DNA of 58,841 nucleotides, the filler included, from Sphacelaria rigidula (Eukaryota): the NCBI GenBank assembly GCA_964200075.2. It is 7 parts of 7 records of this genome, joined end to end, with 100 filler letters (N's around TTAATTAATTAA, not from the genome) between each part and the next. Parts side by side here need not be neighbours in the genome. Positions count along the whole stretch, not along the records: positions 33,682 to 42,001 come from CAXNAA020011537.1; positions 42,102 to 50,421 come from CAXNAA020011538.1; 5 more parts are not named here. One strand, 5' to 3'. Of the stretch, positions 34,082-45,617 are shown in pieces (within the stretch, counting starts at the first letter, position 1; each line of letters starts with the position of its first letter). The notes under the pieces were generated by a model. That model was not told the origin of the DNA. It searched no databases and saw only the letters and a program-made list of their open reading frames with translations. Made by a program: the position numbers and the translations under genes.

Positions 34082-37000
34082 GCACGGAAGCAGCTAGAGG
34101 AGTTTCAGCGTCGTGGGGGGAAAGACCGATCTGAGAAGGAAGAAATGGGCCGGCTTTACAATGAGTTGCTCGAGCAACTGAAAGCTGCGGGAGAGGAAAA
34201 CGAAAGACTGGAGGCAAGTTTACGACGTGTTGTAGATGCTCACCACGGAAATTTCCGCTTGAAGTTCCATATTGTTGCTAGTAGCACCTGGGATGCGTCA
34301 ACCTTTGCCATAGCTCAACCGACGGCGGGGTACCTATTGCTGACACGCGCCTTGCGTTCCAGGGTGAGGGATCAAAAGAGCGTGGATTGTGTCGTCGACG
34401 CTTCATGTCGTACTGTCCGATAGAGTGCATTGTTTCTAACCTCTGCTTTTTCTGGGCTTGTGGTTGCTAACGCCAAATCTGAGTCCAGCCGGTGAGGAGA
34501 TGGAGTTATCACAGTGACGCTCTCCCCCGAGTGTCGACTACGAGTCGCTTCTTTCACCTCGTGATCAGCAGCTTTTCATGTACTGTATTGATTCACAGTC
34601 TAAAGCGCGAGAGGCCGCTAGGCGAGAGGAGGTAGAGGAGGAGGCGGCTGATGGACTGCGAGAACAGCTGGATCGATGTCTCCGTCGCTTCTCGGACCTA
34701 GAAAGAGAGGCAGAGGATAAAGTAAGGTGAAGCACTACACTCCCAAGGAGCGAATCTCGTGTAAATGGAAAATGAGATCGGCATACCCCCACGTTTTTGT
34801 GGGGTGCTTTTCTACCGTACTGGATATGTTGGTATTCAAAGACGGATGGCTCCCCGATAGTGCTAAGTTAACAACCAAGATACTTATTTAGTCTCGGGCC
34901 TCTCCCAGCAGCAACGAAGCACGTGTGCATCCCGGCTTATATACCGTGAACTTCGATGCCCCTGACTAGATGACTACCGGTCAAGAGTACGTTACTCGCG
35001 ATCGCAAACAGTCTCACGATCTATCTTTCTGTTTCGTCCCACCCGCTAGGCACGCGAAGGAAGAGGCGTCAGCGCTAAATGATGCTTTGGCCGGGGCGGA
35101 GTCCAGGTTGTCCCAGGTGGAAACCCTGGAAGGCGATGTGGTGGCCAGGGGAGAAGAACTTGAACGGTGTCGAGTGGAGATGGACTTGCAGGAACAGGAG
35201 ATCAGGAAAGAGCGGGATCGCACTCAGCACCTGGTAAGATTGCGTCTGAGGGAAGGAGTCAAGTAACAGGCGAGTATTACTGTTGAGTGGGAACGGTGGG
35301 GGCATTCAGTGAGTTGACACTCTATCGTGTATCGTTACCTGACTCTACTGTGAGGGCTGAGAAGTGGTAGGCGGTTTTGACAAGTCTAAATGTAGCTTCC
35401 GCCGTGAATTGCGGTTCCTCCGTGTTTTTGGGCAACAATTCACTGGATATCGTGACCTCGTGTTCGCGTGGCGAATTCTTTTTTTCCCTGGCGGGGGGGG
35501 GAGGATAGGTCGGGGTGATTGGAGAGCAGGAAACACAAACAGCGGTTATCAAGGCGCGGGAGACAGCGGCCGTGTCTCGTGGAAAGGAGCTCGAAAAAGC
35601 GCTGTTTGCCATGGAGTCCAAGGTGATATGTGAAATGGCGCAGGCCTGGTCACTGGATGCAGTCCCACCGTATCGAACGTACTTATGTCCTACCGGATAA
35701 TTGGAGCACCGCAGGTATTGCGGGGTATGTGCACGCGATTAGCTCTCAGCATACTTCAACTCTCTAGATCCTGACATATCTAGCGCTCGAGACTTCTTGA
35801 ATTACAGTAGCCCCTTCTCAACCGTTGACTTGTACTTTTTATAACTCTTGGAGCTGTTCATGGTACAACGTCAGAATGGAACAGTATGCGCGTGTTTCTT
35901 GCGCGATACACTGGGAACAACCGACCTCAACTTACATGGCGGGTAATGCCCGTTTCTCACATTTTGGGATAATATTCATGACAGGTGGAAGAGCTCGAGA
36001 ATCTTTGTGAGGAGCTACAGAAACGACTCGTGGACGTGAGATCGGGCAGGGAGGTGGACGGGCTGAGGCGGCGTCTCGCGGCTGCTTCGGAGCTGGCCGA
36101 ACGGCAAGATGAACTCTTGGAAGAAACTTCTGCGAGACTGGAGACGCTCCAAAACGAATGCAGGTGTAATTTCTATCAGTTGCGCTGGAGTACACGTCTC
36201 GTGCTGCTATCGGAGGATGGGTCTCGTGTTTTGTGTTTCTGTGTTCCTTTTGGTTCGAAGTCGTTCTCATGTTATATCCCTATACATTTATACCCATGGA
36301 TGTCTCATGTGCAGGTGATCCTTGTATTTTGTGCACTGCACCCCCTCCTTAACCCTTTGACGGAGATAGTATAATAGGTTATCCGTTGAATTGGCATCAA
36401 GTTCAGTTGAAAAAAGTATGCGTGTTCCAGGTGGACTACCCTCGCGGCGAAGGGGCTGAGAGGAGTGATGTGGAACAAATGTACTGCGGAGCGTTTGTTC
36501 CGCCTAGCAATCTATGTTGCCTAATTATGGTTTATCATGTTTCGCACGGATGTATCCAAAAAGCGAAAAAAACGTGTGTCCTTTGTTGTTATGGGTTATG
36601 TTACGGTTCGTGTTGGGCTTGGTGTTGTTGTTCGCGTTTCCGCCGCGCCACCGACTTGAATCCCCGGTGGTAACGCCTCGGTAGTACTTGAAACAACTGG
36701 TGGCTGTCCATTCTCCCCTCTCTTCAACCACCATTGGGAGCATGTTGAGTGCCGATAAAATGCTCACTTTTACAGCACCTATACACCTTTGCCAAGAAAG
36801 GCGCCTCAGGAAAGGTCCGGTACAGAGTACCCTGGTACCCTGGTACACTGCATATCAGTCGTATCTGTCGATACCACGGGAGTTTTGGGATTTTCACTGG
36901 TTTGGGCAGTCGATAACCTGCGTACCCACGAGTATCGGGTACTCGAAATGAATACCCAGCGTACCTCAGGGTATCTACCCTATCCTGACCGCCTGTACAC

Positions 37001-40000
37001 CTTTGTACCCTATCGTACCTCCCTCGTTTCTCGTGTGACCGTGTTCACCGCCATATTTTGTGGGGAAACCCTCGTGCTTACTAGGCACTTCCGAGGAGAG
37101 CTAGACCGCGCGGAAGAACGTTTGCGGAATGCAAAGAAGGTTCTTGAGCCGGTAGTGGCTGCCGCTAGGTCACACTTGCTGCTGGAACGCCCGGAGAATT
37201 ATACGTCTACGTGTGATTGCAGTCGACCCTCTCACCGTTGGACATTTGACAGCAAGAATGTTCAAAATGACTATGGGCAAGACGGAGCGTGCGACTGCGA
37301 TAGCGGCCGACTGCCAGCAGATAGTATGAGGAGCGGGCAGGTGTTACCGTGTGGGGAGAGAGCAGCAGGATGCTGTCGTGAGGTGAGAGTGATATTGGGA
37401 AATAGTCTTCACTTTCTTCAACATCAAAACTGAAGGAGTACACCCGCTGGCACAGTCAAAAACATGCCGATTGGTACGTGTCCCACGGAGAACCGACGCT
37501 CACATCATGGGAGTAACTCCGACCTTTCCCCCTGTTGAAAGCATCAATTTTCTGAATGCCATGCTCCAACACGATGGTTGCGCAACTTTTTCATCAATAC
37601 CGCCCATACGGCAGCCGACACTCCACGCGGTCCTCTGGACGCAAAGGGCACGATCCTTCGGAGAGCGAGGCAGTATGGAAAAATGGCTTCCCGTTCGTCA
37701 CACTCCCTCCTGACATGTATTGCTGTACTGTCCTTTATCCCTTTTTGCGTGACATTTTTTCCAAGAAATAAGACATGCTACAGTATTGCGGACCGAAGTG
37801 CTGCAGCGACTTGTATCCACCTTTGTCGTGCCCCCCCCCATCGTCCACGATAGGCCACGCCAGTAAACGACCTGGCCCAGGCCGCCGCGGAAGCCCTCTC
37901 CACACTACTGCAGGAAGGCGCGGCAGACGGCACATCACAAGGTCGGCAGGAACACAGCAAGGACAACAACACCTCTGGAAGGAACTCGCACGCACATATA
38001 CGATCTATGTGCCACGACGACCGCCGGGGAGAAGCCCCACCAAGTCACACGTTGCACACGTCCGATGCGACAAAGGCGCTCGACAAGATTTCCGTTGAAC
38101 CTTCTCACAGAAAGGTTCCACAGAATGTTGTCGCGGGGTGCGGAGCTTCGCGCGGCGATTCGTCGAATGAGCTGCGCGGCAGTCGCCGTGGATTCGTGTC
38201 GTCGAACTCTGTGGCGGCGGCAGCGCTCCGGAGCGAACTTTTCGCTGTCAGCGATAGTAATGAGCTGCGGCATGACGTACCTTGGGAACGTGGTGGGACG
38301 CACGAGTGCGACCGCCTTGGACGAGGGGCAGGCAAGGCCGGAGATACAATCGATGATCCCAGAGTCAGGGGTATTGCAGGCGGAAGCTATCGATGTCCAG
38401 AGCCCGATACGAGTAATACCGACAGCAGCAGCAGCGTCGCAAATAGAACTAGCGAGGGAGTCCCTTTTCAAAGGGGAGGGGGAAACGGACATTCTTCGAC
38501 CGCAGGAAATAGCGGGGCATCGTCGCGATTCCAAAGGGGCAAGGTGTCCTTCCAGGCGAGCTTGACAAGCCCGCACAATCCGGATATACCAACCATGGGT
38601 AGTATTACGGCCAGGCACTTAACCCCACCACGAGGAAAGATTGCCTCGGAGGAACGAAACCGAGGCCCGGGATCTCGAGAATTGCCCACGCTGCTGTCCT
38701 CCGCGACGGGATCGGGTATCCGAACGGACCCGGAATCGGTTCGTCGAATGGAGTACATTCGGCGGGGGAAAGGGTCGGCGGAGAAAGTGGAGCGAGAATC
38801 CTGGCGTGAGGCGAAGAGTGGCGTTCTCGGCGCGAGGGCATCTGGAGCAGCCGGGGTCCGACAGGGGGACTTCGAGACCCTGCGGTCGTCGTTTCACTCG
38901 GGAAGGTGGGCATGGTGGCATGGTGGCATGGTGGCATTTGCTAAATGGGTCAATCAAACACTGAACTAATCGATATCGCTGCAAGAGCCGGCGAGAAGGG
39001 AGGACCTTCCGTCGTGGGCAGGAAAAGGGAAAGGAAAGGACGCCAGGCTCGTCTTGGCGCGCGATTTAGTGTTGAATTTTGTCGTCATATCCTGGGTACG
39101 CCTGGTCATGAAATATGTAAGCGAGTCCCGGTACTCCAGCTGTGAGCCCTTCACTTGTGAGGGGTGGTTCGTGAGTCTGACCGTGGCTATTCGTAATCGT
39201 ATTGTTGAACTTGAGAAAGTCGAATATTCCAGTGAATCTTGATGCAAATTTTCGTGATGGAAGTGTTTCGCTCGTCGGACAGCTCATGCGCTACCTCAAT
39301 TGGGTTTCTAATTGGTGTACCGGTTCGGATCATGAGGAAGCTCATCTGGACCCTTTTTTCCCCATATTTGTTCGCTACAACTCTGGACGCCGAGCTCATG
39401 CAGTAACGCAAAGGCGGCGCTTCGGCGTCTCGGACCCCCCGCGGTCACGTATTTTGTGTTCTTGGACAAAGGATATATTATTACCAGAGTCCTCTTCGAC
39501 TAGTTATTTCAGGTCCCTCATGAGCTGTCCGGCGTGTGGAGTGTTTGTCCTTCGCTTCGAGCATAGGGCGACGACACGTTATGAACATGTCAGGATTCCT
39601 CCAGACACGCGCAACTGTAAGTGGAGGCACAGGCGGTGGAGTCCACCATCACCTTCGTTGCTTCTTTGTTTTTTTCTCGTAAAGAAGTCTCGACGTGCTA
39701 GATGATCGTTACGCACACCGATTGTAGAACTCGGCACATTGGTGTGGCTCTCTTGTTGAGTCGCATATGCTACATTCGACAAGACGTCTGGCGTATCTCA
39801 CTACTTCTCTTTGCCGTCCAAAATTCTCTGCATTGTTTTTTTCTGTCGCCCCTGAACACAGCTCCTATCCGGCCGCAGCAACTGCAAAACCACCGAAGGC
39901 GTCAACGGCCGCTAGCGTAGACAATACTTGTTGCTCGTTTGGTTCCTCGAGCCCCGGTGCGGCGAAGATTCATCAACGAATACGCGACGCTCAGGCGACG

Positions 40001-40027
40001 CTAAGGGCCCTCCGTTGCGCAGGATAG
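34082..40027 (+). CDS. 5'-partial coiled-coil protein with long disordered C-terminal half (~750 aa); exons 34082-34213, 34599-34726, 35050-35233, 35509-35622, 35985-36163, 37085-37382, 37854-38905, 39862-40027
   Basis: Eight exons with AG acceptors and GT donors (the first donor GC) whose phases chain into 2253 nt ending TAG. Exons 1-6 are E/L/R/A-rich heptad-like (e.g. VEELENLCEELQKRL). Family not recognised. Confidence 0.85.
36815..37025. repeat. Intronic GTACCC/GGGTAC-rich element, probably DNA-transposon-derived
   Basis: Dense gtaccc/gggta motifs; termini not resolved. Confidence 0.4.
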
Positions 40028-41238
40028 GAGAAAACCGTATATAAGCTGGCTTCAGCCCAAGAGACCAAAAAAGTGTCACGGGAGATCTCTCGCTCGAGGT
40101 TGGAGAGTTAGGACCTGTAACATAGTTTTGAGCACATGATCGAATCGACTAGTCGAAGGCGGCAATGACAATTGTCTTGTTTTTTTTGGGGGGGGGAAAG
40201 GATTAGGTCCACTTTCGACTGAATTTCCGAAGTAGAGGTCCGCCATTAACTCCAGGTTAGGAAATCCTAGTGTACGGATATGGCGGCCTTTGATCGGTCG
40301 GTTTGGTCTTCTGCTCAAGTTTTCAGGTGTTAACTCTCAAACCTTGAGAGCAATGTTCAAAAAGTATGTACATAATGAAAAAATCTTGGAAGTCCCGTGC
40401 ATTGATTATCGTGGACATTTCCCCCGATACTTGTATCGCCCGAAACTCCCAAACGGCGACATAAATTGGTGTCGAAATAGGTATCGCTGTTCTCGCCTTG
40501 GTGTCAGCAGCGCGCGCATCAAATTTTACGTCAATGACGGAAAACTAAGTCACGGCGGTTTATGTCTCGACTCGTCCTGTAACTGCCGCTAGTAGACCGT
40601 ATGTGGTATGTCAGCTTAGTGTAAAAATATGGAAGTGCCCGAACGACCAATCAGAGCGCGCGGCGCAACTCTGGGTAATTGTAAAGATGCAGGGAAGCCA
40701 CGTTTTGTGCGATGTTTTGCTCCTGCTCGTGCTGTTCGCCCCAGAGATAGTTTTGATTTCTTCACGCTGGGACCAGCCTTCAGCAGCGCACAGGTCACCA
40801 GTGTGTGTGTGCGCAGATGCAATTTTGTTTTGTTTTCCACGAAAAAACAGGGGGCGGTCGCGTGTTGGTGAGCTCCGTCTGAGGTAGGGTTTTTACTGGT
40901 GGGGGCTACAACGTCGTTGGGGTTAAAGCGTGATTTTGGGGACTAATCAAAGTATCGTGGAAGCTGCTCTGCACTAGGGGCCTCTGGCTCAGTCAAGCTT
41001 AGCTTATATGCGCGAATGTTGACACGCGGACACTCCCCTGCTCCGCCATGCGGGGGGTTCATGCTGCTTACCAATATTTTGGAGCAAAATATGATCTAGA
41101 GGCGGGCACCACGCTCGGGTGCTACGCCGGCAAACGCAATAACAATGGAGTACTTCAACTACTTCGCTACACACGAAAAACACAGACACGATGTCAATAC
41201 CGAGCACCGCTCCGAACGTTCCACTTATTTGTTTTGCA

Positions 41239-41560
41239 TCAAGAGACCGTATACCTCCAAGGACTACCAATAATTTCCCCTCCCCGAGGGTACAGAACCG
41301 AAGGCGGCACGGTTTGCAAGGGTATGCTTCGGCTTTCCCAACTGAGCCTAACCCTCACCCTGCCCGCACCCCCGACTACCCTAGCACTACTATCGCCGTG
41401 GTGTAGATACTCTAACCGCAGGCCATAAGTTGCGCCCGCCACCAGGCTGAATTTTCCCGTTATGGTCTTGTCTGGCAGAGTTGCCAAATGAGCAGACTCA
41501 TCGCCGGACGATTGTGCAGACGATGTTCCGTCAATGACGAGTACATTTTGCAGCCATAAC
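41239..41560 (-). CDS. Terminal exon encoding the C-terminal half of a PA14 domain and a filamin-repeat-like end
   Basis: Acceptor cacgcacag| at 41560. Reads (R)LWLQNVLVIDG...GKFSLVAGATYGLRLEY...VRLSWESRSIPLQTVPPSVLY (PA14 pattern), then EIIGSPWRYTV (like filamin I.GSPF.V.V). Confidence 0.75.
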
Positions 41561-43916
41561 CTGTGCGTGTCGACAATGGGGTTCAGGCGGGTGAATAGGA
41601 GAATACTGTCCAGTTGAAAACTGAGCGGGGGGGGGGCTCATTCAGAGTGTACAGAACACGTCTTCGACGTGGCTTTATAAAACCCTACGACGGACGCTTC
41701 ACACCCAGCACGTTTCATCTTGTGCCAACATTTTCCTTCCGTTGTGGTGATCACCACGAGCTTCTTACAAGACATAGAATATCCGACCCTTCGTAAGTGG
41801 TCCTCCTGTTGTACATGGGATGGATTGTACGTGGTTAAAATCATCAACCGCAGAGACGGCTGGCCTGGTTTGCAACGAAAGGCTCAACAATAAAAACAAC
41901 GCAGTAGGGACATCCAGAGTGATACTACGATAGAGGGGGAGGGGGGCGTACTCATTCGTTGCTCGCCTTAGTCGTTTGACCATTGACCACGCATCCCTTT
42001 CNNNNNNNNNNNNNNNNNNNNNNNNNNNNNNNNNNNNNNNNNNNNTTAATTAATTAANNNNNNNNNNNNNNNNNNNNNNNNNNNNNNNNNNNNNNNNNNN
42101 NCTGGCGGGCAAGACAGTCCAAACAACCCACCGTGTTGAACGGTCAACCGAGGAGAGTGATTCATGCATCACAACTGCTATCCCACATCATATCCTCATA
42201 TCAGACCAAACATTCGTGACCGGCACCTGCGATCCCAACACTACATACATATAGTCAATACCATACGAAGCGTTGAAGAGCATGGCTCCGCAGCCTCATT
42301 TTCCAACATTCATCCCGCGCCATTTCGTTCATGTATCCACAACGGTGTTTGTCCAAAAGCAAAAAATCGCGGAGTGGTGGAGGGGCCGTCCTGTACATGC
42401 TCCAAACAGAAAAGACGGTCGATAAATGAACATTCCAGCAACCCTTTTGTTGTCTGACCCGCACCATCGGATCTCCGAATCCAAGTAGATCCCCCAACCC
42501 GAGACGTCGTGCTCGGCCGATCAGAACAGCTACACTCGGACAGTCGGGCTCGGGAGTTGGTGCGTGATTTTACCATGGGATCTATGTCACGTCCCTGCAT
42601 GTGTTGGTCATGTGGTCGCCGTATGTACCCCCCTACGAGCAGATTGATTGCTCGAACAGCACAAGACAAGTTTTGAAACGTCCTAGGATAATTCTCATGA
42701 AACTCCATCACGCGGAAAGAAAATCACGATCGAGTTTTACTCCTCCGCGGTATGTGGCATGACATTGACAGGTGACCGCCTCAAAGGCGACGAAGTCATT
42801 TCCTGGTTGGCGTAATGATACCGCGGGTACTGTAACCGACACCATTCACCTACGGCTGGCAAGGTGCATTCGTGCTGCCAACTGATGTCTTACGTGGTGG
42901 TGATAGATTTCATTGGCTACGAATAATGCGTGAGCTGGCATTTCCCATGTTGCAAAATGGTACTTGTGCAGTTTTTCTGGCCGTACACGCTGTACGATCA
43001 CCGTCATTTCGTGTGGTGCTGACCGGGCCTCGATGACCTCCCGTGTATATCTGCCCTGAGGTGCAAGCGGAGGAAACATCACACCAGAGGTTGCATCTAC
43101 AGGGATTGTATTGGACTCGCCTAGTGCGGTATTTCCTTGAGCCATCATGGATGCTGCCAGCGGATCCAAACGGGCAGCTGGCGACGAGCATGGAGGCAGC
43201 GTTCACATGAAAAGAAGTAAAGGGGGCTCCGTGGAATCGTATCAACGAGCTCCGATGTAGTCAACAGCAATAAGAAAAAGGGAGTGTTGAGTTTCCAAAT
43301 TGATCTGCCCATACTAAGTTCACTGTCTCATGGTCAAACCTGCTCGTGGGTAAACACGTGCGCAACTAGTTGCCTGTAAGCAAGAAGTGGATATAATGAG
43401 AGTGTTTCACAATTAATGCCCCGTGGAAATGGCGCTGTCCACAATTGCCAGTCCAGCAGCGTCATTCCTAGTTGGCGCTTCCACATGACACTGTATGAAG
43501 TTATCCCGAGGGAACGCAGTAAACTTGGCCGTTTTTCACGGGAAAAACGCTGCCGCGGAGTCGGTTCCGCACATTCGATCGACTTGCACTTCTGCCGTCT
43601 CATGAAAAGACCATGTCACCATACTTGCGGTACTAGATTATGACATGTTTGTCGTTTCCGTGGTGAAACCCTACACGTCGTTTGGGTCAGATTCCAGGAT
43701 ATGCTGGGATCTACGAAGTCCACACAACATGTGCGTAGGGTAAGAAAGCCGTCGGCCGAAAAAGGCCGTGCGCTATAGCTGTTTTCAACGTTTTGTGGCT
43801 TTGAACTACTAGAAAAAGACAGGGTCAACATATCCCAACTTTGAGTCGAGGATACAGAACACCTTTGCTCTGTCTGAAGCAATTGCCTTCTCTACTCCCT
43901 TGATACAGGCAACCGC

Positions 43917-45617
43917 TTGTGCCTGGATGCATTCACCATCAATCTCAACAACACCTCATTGGAGCGAGGAGCGTACCTGCCCACGAAGCAGTTACAGCTG
44001 GTGTCATTGGAATTCTGCATAGCTTGCCGCGGCGTCAGCACCCTACGCGTGGCAGTTGATAAGTACACACCGCAAAGGCTGTGGACGGCTGATACCGAGC
44101 AGCTACTGACTCCGGTAATGAGCAGTCCCAATCGGAGTAGGGTGCCTTTGCTTCGAGCACGCAGATTAGTGTGGACGGCGGGTGCGGACATGAAGCTGAT
44201 GTCTCAGGAAACCGAGGTCTTGGCTAGTGTGCACGTGATGCAATTTGACAATGACTTCAAAACCAGTCTTGATCACATGATATGGCCAACGCGACTCCGA
44301 CGTATTGCGTTCGGTGGTGACCACGCTGAACGGAGTCGATTCAATCAGTTTATCGAAAATGTGGCCTGGCCTGCGCGTCTGCTGCAGCTGACGTTCGGAT
44401 ACCACTTCAACCAGCCGGTTGAGAATGTGGCATGGCCTGCGCGTCTGCTGCAGCTGACGTTCGGATACCACTTCAACCAGCCGGTTGAGAATGTGGCGTG
44501 GCCTGCCTCGCTGCAGAAGTTGGCGTTCGGGTGGTATTTCCGCCAGCCGATCGAGGGTGTGGCGTGGCCTACTTCTCTGCAGCAGTTGACGTTCGGGCGG
44601 TATTTCAACCAGCCGATCGCGGGTGTGGCCTGGCCTACTTCTGTGCAGCAGTCGACGTTCGGGTCGTTTTTCAACCAGCCGATCGAGGGTGTGGCGTGGC
44701 CTACTTCGCTACAGCAGTTGGAGCTCGGGAGCGAATTCAACCAGCCCATCAAACGCATGGCCTGGCCAGCTCGCCTGCTGCTGTTGACGTTTGGGATAAA
44801 CTTCAACCAGCGTATCGAGCGTGTGGTATGGCCTGCTTCGCTGCAGACGTTGATGTTCGGGCGGGACTTCAACCAGTCGATCGAGCGTGTGGCATGGCCT
44901 GCCTCACTGCAGGAGTTGACGTTGAATAATTCGGAGTTCAACCAGCCGATCGAGCGTGTTGAATGGCCTGCATCCCTGCAGAAGCTGGTCTTAGAGGGGA
45001 AGTACAATCAGCCGGTCGAACGTGTGGCATGGCCTGCTTCGCTACGGCAGTCGTGGCTCGGGTTTGAATTCAACCAGTCGATCGAACGCGTTGTTTGGCC
45101 CGAATCGCTTCAGAAGTTGGACTTTGGGTACCACTTCAACCTGTCGATGGAGCGGGTGTCATGGCCTCCTTCGCTGCAGCAGCTGTCGTGTAACTTCAAT
45201 CGAGGGATCGAGCATGTGACATGGCCGACCTTGCTACGGCAGTTGGAGCTCGGGTTTCACTTCAACCAGCCGATCGAGGGTGTGGTATTACCTGCGTCGT
45301 TGCAGGAGCTCACGTTCAGGCAGGACTTCAATCAGCCGATCGAGGGTGTGACATGGCCTGCCTCGCTGCAGACGTTGACTTTCGGGAGGGACTTCAATCA
45401 GCCGATCGAGCGTTTGACGTGGCCTGCCTTTCTGCAGAAGCTGACGTTCGGGAGAGATTTGAATCAGCAGATCGAGTGTGTGACATGGCCTGTCCAGCTC
45501 CAGCAGTTGACGCTCGGGAAGAACTTCAACCAATCGATCGAGGGTGTGGCATGGCCTCCGTCGCTGCAGAAAGTGAAGTTCGGCGCCAGACATGGTCAAC
45601 CTCGCTACTGCAGTTGA
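43917..45617 (+). CDS. FNIP-repeat (22-aa LRR-like) protein; true start uncertain, tail frameshifted
   Basis: 19 tandem units of FNQPIExVxWPxSLQxLTFGxx after a ~140-aa N-terminal region. About 4 more degenerate units continue out of frame to ~45820. Confidence 0.92.
   Translation: MCLDAFTINLNNTSLERGAYLPTKQLQLVSLEFCIACRGVSTLRVAVDKYTPQRLWTADTEQLLTPVMSSPNRSRVPLLRARRLVWTAGADMKLMSQETEVLASVHVMQFDNDFKTSLDHMIWPTRLRRIAFGGDHAERSRFNQFIENVAWPARLLQLTFGYHFNQPVENVAWPARLLQLTFGYHFNQPVENVAWPASLQKLAFGWYFRQPIEGVAWPTSLQQLTFGRYFNQPIAGVAWPTSVQQSTFGSFFNQPIEGVAWPTSLQQLELGSEFNQPIKRMAWPARLLLLTFGINFNQRIERVVWPASLQTLMFGRDFNQSIERVAWPASLQELTLNNSEFNQPIERVEWPASLQKLVLEGKYNQPVERVAWPASLRQSWLGFEFNQSIERVVWPESLQKLDFGYHFNLSMERVSWPPSLQQLSCNFNRGIEHVTWPTLLRQLELGFHFNQPIEGVVLPASLQELTFRQDFNQPIEGVTWPASLQTLTFGRDFNQPIERLTWPAFLQKLTFGRDLNQQIECVTWPVQLQQLTLGKNFNQSIEGVAWPPSLQKVKFGARHGQPRYCS

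Noticed and set aside
42102..43700. Short ORFs upstream of the FNIP gene as viral or retroelement genes
   Set aside because: No recognisable motif in the frames examined, so an endogenous-virus context for the FNIP gene cannot be supported.
44166..45599. Long antisense and alternate-frame ORFs over the FNIP gene
   Set aside because: Shadows of a 66-bp coding repeat; only the out-of-frame 3' repeats after 45590 are meaningful.
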